A program made the translations under genes and the position numbers. A model generated the notes under the pieces. The model made no database searches and was not told the origin of the DNA. It worked only from the letters and a program-made list of their open reading frames with translations. 64,000 nt of DNA from contig JBDRRP010000139.1 of the NCBI GenBank assembly GCA_043825735.1, positions 1 to 64,000 on the forward strand, given 5' to 3'. Below, one piece after another: positions 57,462-64,000 of this stretch. The DNA comes from Pseudomonadota bacterium (lineage in GTDB: Bacteria > Desulfobacterota > Desulfobacteria > Desulfobacterales > JBDRRP01). Within the stretch, counting starts at the first letter, position 1, and each line of letters opens with the position of its first letter.

Positions 57462-58040
57462 GTTGCCCTCCTTTTGTGCGGGGTTGAAAGAAGCCGTTTA
57501 AAAACCTTCCCTGAGGCTCAGCCCGCCAGAGCCGGACAAGTCCCGACGCCGGACGAATGATTCAATACTCGAAATACCCGATCGTCCTGCGTTTGAATCA
57601 CTGGGTCGGACTTGACCTTGAACCTGTTTGAAGGTTTTAAAACCGCTTCTATGATGGTGACACGCACCGGCCGGTCTTTCGGCGAAGTGGTCGATTTTCC
57701 GCCGCCTGGAGAAAGAACAACGGATGAGGCGGTTCTCATGAAGGCTTTTAGAGCAGTCGGTTCCAGAGCACCGCGGGAGATGAGCGGTTCAGGGCGCGCT
57801 GAGGGCGAGAAGCAGGATCAAGGCGTTCGGTATGTAAATCAGCGTAACAATGGGGGCACTACACCACGGTCGCGGTGAGTCGTGACGGTAGTCAGAATAT
57901 AAATTCGGCTTTCGGCGTTGTCAAATAGGCGCATCCCCTGGTGGCGCTCGGGGCGGTATCGCCGCTTTACCTGGCCTTGGTTGTTTGATATGGCAAATAT
58001 TATTTTTTTAAACTTATCATGAAAAATCGGATGGTATCCG

Positions 58041-58469
58041 ATGGCCGCTGATGACCGATTGATCTATCTGATCTCAAAGGCCCAGCATTGTCTGAAGGTG
58101 TATCTGAAAAAGGCGTTTGCGGCCGAGGGGCTGGACCTGACACCGGTTCAGGCGGGGATACTGTTTATGCTCAAGGAGGCGCCCCAGAGCATGACTCAGC
58201 TCTCCCGGCTGCTCGCCATCGACAATTCGGCCATTACCGGGCTGGTGGACCGGCTGGAAAAAGTCGACCTGGCCCAGCGCCGCCCAGACCCCGCGGACCG
58301 GCGGACCTGGCTGATTCATATTACGGACAATGGACGAAAAGAAATCGATCGGGCGCTGGTCATTGTCCGGCGTGTGAACAGCCAAATCAAAGAGGGGTTT
58401 TCGGCAGATGAAATCACTGTTTTCAAGACAGTGCTCACCCGATTTTTTGACAAGTTCAGCAAGGAGTGA
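58041..58469 (+). CDS. MarR family transcriptional regulator
   Basis: Winged-HTH LTPVQAGILFML...MTQLSRLLAIDNSAITGLVDRLEK...RRPDPADRR. Confidence 0.85.
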   Translation: MAADDRLIYLISKAQHCLKVYLKKAFAAEGLDLTPVQAGILFMLKEAPQSMTQLSRLLAIDNSAITGLVDRLEKVDLAQRRPDPADRRTWLIHITDNGRKEIDRALVIVRRVNSQIKEGFSADEITVFKTVLTRFFDKFSKE

Positions 58470-59389
58470 ACGGCATCATGCCTTTTGACACGGTTGAGAC
58501 GACCCGCGCGGCCCTGGAATCGGCCGGTTATATCTGCACCCACGAAACCGCAACGGTGGTGTTTCTGGCAGCCGCCACCCAAAAGCCGATCCTGGTGGAG
58601 GGTCCTGCCGGCGTCGGCAAGACCGAACTGGCCAAAGCCGTGTCCCGGTGCCTTTCGCGGGTGATGATTCGCCTGCAGTGCTACGAGGGGCTCGACGAGG
58701 CCAAGGCGCTTTATGAGTGGGAATACGCCAAGCAGCTTCTCTACACCCAGATCGTCAAGGAAAAGATCGGTGATGTGGTTCGCGGGGCTGCCACCCTGAC
58801 CGAGGCCGTGGATCTGATCGCCGACCAGGACGATGCGTTTTTCTCCGAGCGCTTCATGCTTCCCCGGCCGCTGCTCAAGGCCATTCGTGCGCCGGCGCCG
58901 GTGGTGCTCCTGGTGGACGAGGTGGACAAATCGGATCCCGAGTTCGAGGCCTTCCTGCTGGAAGTGCTCAGCGACTACCAGGTCACCATCCCCGAGCTGG
59001 GCACCATCACGGCGGCCCACATCCCCTTCGTGGTGCTCACCAGCAACAGTTACCGGGACATGAGCGACGCCTTAAAGCGCCGGTGTCTCCATCTTTACAT
59101 CGACTACCCGGATACCGATACCGAGCTGGCCATCGTTCGAAAAAAAGTGCCGGCCATCGCGGACGCCCTGGCCCGGCGGATGGTGGCCGTCATGGCCCGG
59201 ATCCGGACGCTGGACCTGAAAAAGGCCCCCAGCATTTCGGAAACCCTCGATTGGGCCCACGCCCTGATCGCCCTCCAGGTTGAAACGCTGTCCCCCGAGC
59301 TGGTCACCGACACCCTGAACGTCATCTGCAAGCACCGGGAGGATGCCCGCCAGGTCAGGGAGCAGATCAAGAATGTCGCTAATTTTTAA
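58466..59389 (+). CDS. MoxR/CoxD-like AAA+ ATPase
   Basis: Walker A GPAGVGKT, Walker B LLVDEVDK, and sensor motifs. Start overlaps the marR stop (ATGA). Confidence 0.8.
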   Translation: MNGIMPFDTVETTRAALESAGYICTHETATVVFLAAATQKPILVEGPAGVGKTELAKAVSRCLSRVMIRLQCYEGLDEAKALYEWEYAKQLLYTQIVKEKIGDVVRGAATLTEAVDLIADQDDAFFSERFMLPRPLLKAIRAPAPVVLLVDEVDKSDPEFEAFLLEVLSDYQVTIPELGTITAAHIPFVVLTSNSYRDMSDALKRRCLHLYIDYPDTDTELAIVRKKVPAIADALARRMVAVMARIRTLDLKKAPSISETLDWAHALIALQVETLSPELVTDTLNVICKHREDARQVREQIKNVANF

Positions 59390-59478
59390 TTGGTTTCATT
59401 GACCACGAAGAACACGAAGTGCACGAAGAAAAGATGAAACCAATTGGATTTTGGTCCTTCGTGCCCTTCTTGCGTTGC
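59385..59478. repeat. heptamer-repeat hairpin element, CACGAAG type, between moxR and the VWA gene
   Basis: Left arm ccacgaagaacacgaagtgcacgaag, loop with a nested aattggtttcat/atgaaaccaatt pair, then ccttcgtgcccttcttgcg. Confidence 0.7.
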
Positions 59479-59497
59479 GAGGTATCCCGCTTTCATC

Positions 59498-60877
59498 ATG
59501 GTCTCTTTGATACTCAAATTTGCCGCCTGCGCCAGGGCCGCCGACCTTCGCGTGTCCACTGCCGAGGTTTTGGACTGCCTGGGGCACCTGCGACTGGTGG
59601 ACCCCCTCGACGAGTCCCAGTTTGCCGCCGTCCTGCGGGCCAATTTCGCTAAAAGCCGCCGGGATCAGGAGCGCTTCGATCACATCTACCACCTGTTCTT
59701 CCATGAGCTTCAAGAGACCGATGACGGCGCCCAGTCGGTATCGCTGGCCGCGCACGTCGCGGATGTTCGCGACGCCGTGATGGGGGCTGCCGGTGACAAT
59801 CCCGAAATCGCGGCCGTTGCCGATTTTATGGCCGGCGAGCCGGCGGCCTATCTCCAGATGCTGCGAGACATTCAAAGCGAGGGCCAGAGCATGCGCCACG
59901 GGCCCGGCGCCAATCTGGGGGGGCTGGTGCGCCGGTTTCCGGTGCTCCGGGCCCTGGATCGGGCCGCCGAGCAGCTGGCAGCCTACCTGGACGAGCAATG
60001 GAAGGACATCCACTGGGAGACCCGGCGGCAGGTGGCGCGGCACCTGAACAACAGGCTGGCCGCAGCGCGGCGCCTGCTCACCCGGCAGGCGGTGTCGGAG
60101 ACGGCGACGATCCATGCCGCACCAACCGACGACCGATACGGAAAACTCGGCGGCATTGCCTTCAACGCGCTGTCTCCATCCGAAACGCGGCGGATGCGGG
60201 AGGTGATATCCCGGCTGGTGAAAAAGCTCAAAGACACGGTGAGTTTGCGCCAGGCTGCCCGCAGCCGCGGCACGCTGGATGTGAAAAAAACACTGCGACG
60301 GGCGGCCCGCACTCAGGGGATTCCCGTGGAGATCGCCTTTCGCCGAAAACCGCCGCGCAAGGGGCGAATCGTGGTCCTCTGCGATCTTTCCGGTTCGGTT
60401 TGGTCTTCGGCCAGGTTCATGCTCAACATGCTTTACTCCCTTCAGACCTGCTTTGACCGGGTGCGCAGTTTTGTCTTCATCGCCGACATTGCCGAAGTGA
60501 CCGCCTTTTTCGATCACCACGGCGTGGAGCAGGCCATCGCCAAGGTACTTTCCAAGGCCGATATCAATTACTGCGATTCAACGGACTACGGCCTTACCTT
60601 GCGACAGTTCAGGCAGCGTTACATGGATGCGGTGACCAAGAAGACAACGGTCATCGTCATCGGCGACGGGCGCTCCAACTACGCCAACCCCGAGGCGCAG
60701 ATTCTGGAGGAGATCCGTGACCGGAGCCGCCGGCTCATCTGGCTCAACCCGGAAACCGAACAGTTCTGGTACACCGGTGACAGTGAAATGCGCACCTATC
60801 AGGCCATCTGCAACGAGGTGCGCCCGTGCCGCAACCTCAACCAGCTCGCCGCTTTCATCAAGGATCTCGTGCTATGA
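59498..60877 (+). CDS. VWA-domain (CoxE-like) protein, partner of the MoxR ATPase
   Basis: MIDAS DLSGS (VVLCDLSGSV), and the C-terminal VIGDGRSN. Confidence 0.75.
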   Translation: MVSLILKFAACARAADLRVSTAEVLDCLGHLRLVDPLDESQFAAVLRANFAKSRRDQERFDHIYHLFFHELQETDDGAQSVSLAAHVADVRDAVMGAAGDNPEIAAVADFMAGEPAAYLQMLRDIQSEGQSMRHGPGANLGGLVRRFPVLRALDRAAEQLAAYLDEQWKDIHWETRRQVARHLNNRLAAARRLLTRQAVSETATIHAAPTDDRYGKLGGIAFNALSPSETRRMREVISRLVKKLKDTVSLRQAARSRGTLDVKKTLRRAARTQGIPVEIAFRRKPPRKGRIVVLCDLSGSVWSSARFMLNMLYSLQTCFDRVRSFVFIADIAEVTAFFDHHGVEQAIAKVLSKADINYCDSTDYGLTLRQFRQRYMDAVTKKTTVIVIGDGRSNYANPEAQILEEIRDRSRRLIWLNPETEQFWYTGDSEMRTYQAICNEVRPCRNLNQLAAFIKDLVL

Positions 60878-61824
60878 CAACCACCGGTGCAAATGAATTG
60901 CTGGGCGCCATGCTTTCCTGTCCGGCGGATCAGCCTGCCCCGCGCCACAGTGATCTGGCCGGATGGAAAACACAGTGGCGGGATCTGACTGCCCAATGGG
61001 GCGAACCCATCGATCGGTCCGTCTTCGGCGGATTTTTGTCGGACCGTCTGGCCTGGGCGTTTGTCGCCGGCTACCAGGGGGCTATTTCAAGACTGCTTCC
61101 TAATCTGCCGAAAAATGCCTTTGCGGCCATCTGCATCACCGAGGCCGGCGGCGCGCACCCGCGGGCCATCGAAGCGCGGCTCTGCCCGGATGAAATGACG
61201 GGTGGGTGGCGGCTTTCCGGAGAAAAGCGGTTCATCACCGGCGGGGAGGCCGCCGCCGTGCTGGTGGTGGCCGCTTCGACGGGCGTGGTGGACGGGCGCA
61301 ACCAGATCCGAATGGTCACGGTCGATCGCTCCGCCGATGGCATCGCCCTGACGCCCATGCCGCCGTTTGCCTTCGTGCCGGAGATCCCCCACAGCATCGC
61401 ACGATTTGAGGCCGTCAGGATCGATCCGGCGCAGGTGCTGCCCGGCGACGGGTACGCCGCCGTGATCAAGCCGTTTCGGACCATCGAAGACATCCACGTG
61501 GTGGGCGCCGTGCTGGGGTACCTGGTCGGCGTCGGCCGCCGGCACGGGTGGCCGGCGGCGGTTCTGGAGCGGGTGCTGGCAATGGTTGCCGGGCTGCGTG
61601 CGCTGAGTCTGGAAGACCCGCTGGCGCCGGCGGTCCACATCGCCCTGGCCGGTGTGTTTCGCCAACTGGGCCAGCGGCTTTCCGAAATGGACACCCTGTG
61701 GGAATCGGTCGATACCGACGCCACCCAGCGGTGGCGGCGGGACCGGCCCCTGCTGGATGTGGCCAACCGGGCCCGAGGCCTGCGACGCGCTGCGGCCTGG
61801 CAGCATTTCGGCCAATCGATCTAA
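60874..61824 (+). CDS. acyl-CoA dehydrogenase-like domain protein
   Basis: ACAD N/M-domain-like pattern (AICITEAGGAHP..., GEKRFITGG). ATGA overlap with the VWA gene. Confidence 0.5.
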   Translation: MTTTGANELLGAMLSCPADQPAPRHSDLAGWKTQWRDLTAQWGEPIDRSVFGGFLSDRLAWAFVAGYQGAISRLLPNLPKNAFAAICITEAGGAHPRAIEARLCPDEMTGGWRLSGEKRFITGGEAAAVLVVAASTGVVDGRNQIRMVTVDRSADGIALTPMPPFAFVPEIPHSIARFEAVRIDPAQVLPGDGYAAVIKPFRTIEDIHVVGAVLGYLVGVGRRHGWPAAVLERVLAMVAGLRALSLEDPLAPAVHIALAGVFRQLGQRLSEMDTLWESVDTDATQRWRRDRPLLDVANRARGLRRAAAWQHFGQSI

Positions 61825-61841
61825 GCTGTTTTTTGGTTTTT

Positions 61842-62153
61842 CTGCGTCTTGGCGTCTCTGCGCGAGCCGGAGGTGTTCTTTTCTTTGCCTGCCCAGAGAA
61901 ACGAACCAAACGCGTGCACCCGTCGTCCTGGTCGAGACTGTTGCGGGCATCACGGTGATTGCTTGGGCGAACACAAGGTTCGCCCCTACGGAGATATGGC
62001 GGAACCTGATGCCGAGATTCACCGCTGCCGGTTTGGCAGGGTATCGTAGGGGCGAATCTCGTATTCGCCCACATCGGTGACGTATTTTTGCTGCCGCGTT
62101 TACTTGTCCGCCAGCAAAAAGCCATTCTCGCGCAGAGGCGCGGAGTCGCAGAG
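61842..62153. repeat. MITE-like element of about 310 bp bounded by inverted CGCAGAG-type repeat arms, with an internal hairpin-rich core
   Basis: Left end ctgcgtcttggcgtctctgcgcgag, right end ctcgcgcagaggcgcggagtcgcagag (reverse complements). Internal hairpins ggggcgaac..gttcgcccc and gggcgaat..attcgccc. Confidence 0.5.
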
Positions 62154-62390
62154 AAAACCGAGAGAGTTGCCCTTCGGCCGGCTTGTTCGCCATAGCCTTG
62201 GCGAAGGTGGAAGGCCGCCCTTATCCTGTTGATCCTGTAAATCCTGTCAATTATCGCAGTTGCCGTTCGGCCGCAGGCCGCCAATCCCTATCAGCGTTCA
62301 TCAGCGTCCCATTCGGTTTTGCAGTTGCATTTCGGCCGCAGGCCGCTCATCTGTGTAATCTGCGTAATCCGCGTTCCATTCCGCGGTTGA

Positions 62391-63869
62391 TCAGGGTTTT
62401 GCCAGTGCCTCGCTCCGCCGGATTTTCTCCCGCAGCCGCGTGTAGGCGACCATGGCGCTGAAAGCCCGGGCGGCCCGCTCGGGGCTGGCCAGCACCGGCA
62501 CGCCCTTGTCCTGAAGCCCCGCGATAAAGGGATTGTCTCTCGTCAGAAATGAAAACCCCACTACCGGCTTCCCGTGGGTTCCCACCAGTCCGGCCACGGC
62601 CAGGCACTGGTCGTTGATAATCTGCTCGGTATGGGCGGCGATTTCCTCTTCCGGCACGCCCATGGCTTCGAGGGCGCGGCCGACCATCCGGGCCGTGGCC
62701 AGAAAGTAGACGAGCAGACCGTCGGCGCCTTCTTCTTCCAGGAGCACTTTGGGGATCCCGTGGAAGAAATCGAGAGGGTTTTTGGTGAAGGTGAGATCGA
62801 CCGGGTTGCCCACGCTGCCGGTGTGAGGGACAAACGGCGAGAGTTTTTCGAGTGTGGCCGCCGACAGCCGCGGAAGATCGAGTCCGACGCGGCCGCAGGC
62901 GTCGGCCGCCGCCGCGCCGGGCCCTCCCGAGTGGGTCTGGATGATGACCCGGCCTCCCCGGGGCAATGGGGCGGTGCCCAGCGCATAGCAGAAGTCGAAC
63001 ATCTCGGCGATGGAGCGGGCCCGGATGATGCCGCTTTGCCGGAAAACCCCGTCATAGAGGCGGTCGGGGCCGGCGAGGGCGCCGGTGTGCGACAGGCAGG
63101 CCCGCCGCCCGGTTTCGGATCCGCCCGCATAAAAAGCGACGATGGGTTTGATCTTGCTCACGTCGCGGGCCGTGTCGATGAACTTACGGCCTCGGCGGAT
63201 CGATTCCACGTACAGCGCGATGACTTTGGTCTCGGGGCAGGCCCCCAGGTATTCGATGCAGTCGACCATGTCGATGTTGGCTTCGTTTCCCAGGCTGAAG
63301 CCGGTGGAAAAGCCCCGGCCGAACTGGCTGTCGAGGTAGCTGAACATCTGGGTTACGAAACTGCCGCTGTGGGAGGCGATGCCGATGACGCCGGGCCGGC
63401 CCTCAAAGGGCAGGAACGTTGCGTTCAGGCGGCGGTGGGTGTTCACCACGCCGATGCAGTTGGGCCCGGTGAACCGGATGCCGTAGCGCTCGGCCACGGC
63501 GAGCAGTTCTTTTTGGCGCTGGGGGCCGTAGCCGCCCACCTCGTTGAACCCGGCCGAGACGATCACTGCACGGCGGATGCCCTTTTTCCCGCAGGCTTCC
63601 AGGGTTTCGATCACAAGCCGTGTGGGGAGCACGATGTAGGCCAGATCCGGGGTTTCGGGGATGGCGTCCACGCCGGCATAGGCGGGCAGATCCAGTACGG
63701 TCTTTTCGCTCGGATGCACCGGATAGAGTTTCCCCTCGAAACCAAGGGAAAGAACGGCACCCAGGATGCTGGTCCCCATGGCCGAGAAATTGTTGGATGC
63801 GCCGAAAAATGCGATGCTTTTCGGATTGGCGATGATGTGCAGGGGGCTTTGTTCAGGGCGGGTGATCAT
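62391..63869 (-). CDS. acetyl-CoA synthetase (NDP-forming) alpha / CoA-binding domain protein
   Basis: CoA-binding FFGASNN...GPNC and a succinyl-CoA-synthetase-like flavodoxin domain with HTGALAG. Confidence 0.75.
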   Translation of the reverse strand: MITRPEQSPLHIIANPKSIAFFGASNNFSAMGTSILGAVLSLGFEGKLYPVHPSEKTVLDLPAYAGVDAIPETPDLAYIVLPTRLVIETLEACGKKGIRRAVIVSAGFNEVGGYGPQRQKELLAVAERYGIRFTGPNCIGVVNTHRRLNATFLPFEGRPGVIGIASHSGSFVTQMFSYLDSQFGRGFSTGFSLGNEANIDMVDCIEYLGACPETKVIALYVESIRRGRKFIDTARDVSKIKPIVAFYAGGSETGRRACLSHTGALAGPDRLYDGVFRQSGIIRARSIAEMFDFCYALGTAPLPRGGRVIIQTHSGGPGAAAADACGRVGLDLPRLSAATLEKLSPFVPHTGSVGNPVDLTFTKNPLDFFHGIPKVLLEEEGADGLLVYFLATARMVGRALEAMGVPEEEIAAHTEQIINDQCLAVAGLVGTHGKPVVGFSFLTRDNPFIAGLQDKGVPVLASPERAARAFSAMVAYTRLREKIRRSEALAKP

Positions 63870-64000
63870 AGGGAGCCCTTTCCGTCCAATATAATTAGCG
63901 CATCCACGGCCACGACGCGGCCTTCCGGGGTGATGATCAGGGGGTTGATGTCGATTTCGGAGATGGCGGCCTTTTCCAGGCCGATGCGGCCCACGGCGGC
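63866..64000 (-). CDS. 3' end of an ATP-grasp domain acyl-CoA synthetase beta-type subunit, partial (truncated by the window edge)
   Basis: The reverse strand reads ...AAVGRIGLEKAAISEIDINPLIITPEGRVVAVDALIILDGKGSL. Its stop overlaps the downstream start (ATGA). Confidence 0.55.
   Translation of the reverse strand, partial: AAVGRIGLEKAAISEIDINPLIITPEGRVVAVDALIILDGKGSL

Overview
High-G+C (about two-thirds G+C by eye) chromosomal segment that looks like an anaerobic deltaproteobacterium, probably a sulfate reducer (inference from gene content: iorAB-paaK, lutABC, TRAP transporter, many Fe-S and radical-SAM proteins). It is densely coding, with about 60 genes. Housekeeping and metabolic genes include the 3' part of carB, slyD, rho, yjgA, ppiB, plsC, glpK, lutABC, dctPQM, paaK-iorBA and an NDP-forming acyl-CoA synthetase. 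Signalling genes include a GAF hybrid histidine kinase, a stand-alone receiver, a PAS-GGDEF protein and tandem paralogous periplasmic sensor domains, one fused to TM+HAMP only. A membrane-stress cluster carries PspA/IM30, a YqiJ/NfeD-like membrane protein and a flotillin/SPFH protein. The most notable feature is a compact, clearly AT-richer insert of about 2.3 kb (47.65-49.96 kb) wedged between a PLP decarboxylase gene and the 3' end of dctM. It carries two translationally coupled genes: an ABC/AAA_21-type P-loop ATPase and a small acidic partner with Toprim-like motifs (DUF4276/RloB-like). This is an OLD/Gabija/PARIS/AbiL-like two-gene architecture and a candidate anti-phage defence module that was horizontally acquired. 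Other accessory-looking items are a secreted caspase (peptidase C14) fused to a DUF1566 domain, whose N-terminal half is AT-richer than its C-terminal half, and a Gp49/HigB-like toxin with a small partner. Several families of dispersed intergenic hairpin elements are built from tandem heptamers (CACGAAG, CACGGAG, CGCAGAG, CGAAATCG-like) flanking an A/T-rich loop, including one about 310 bp long with MITE-like ends. No rRNA, tRNA or CRISPR array was seen.
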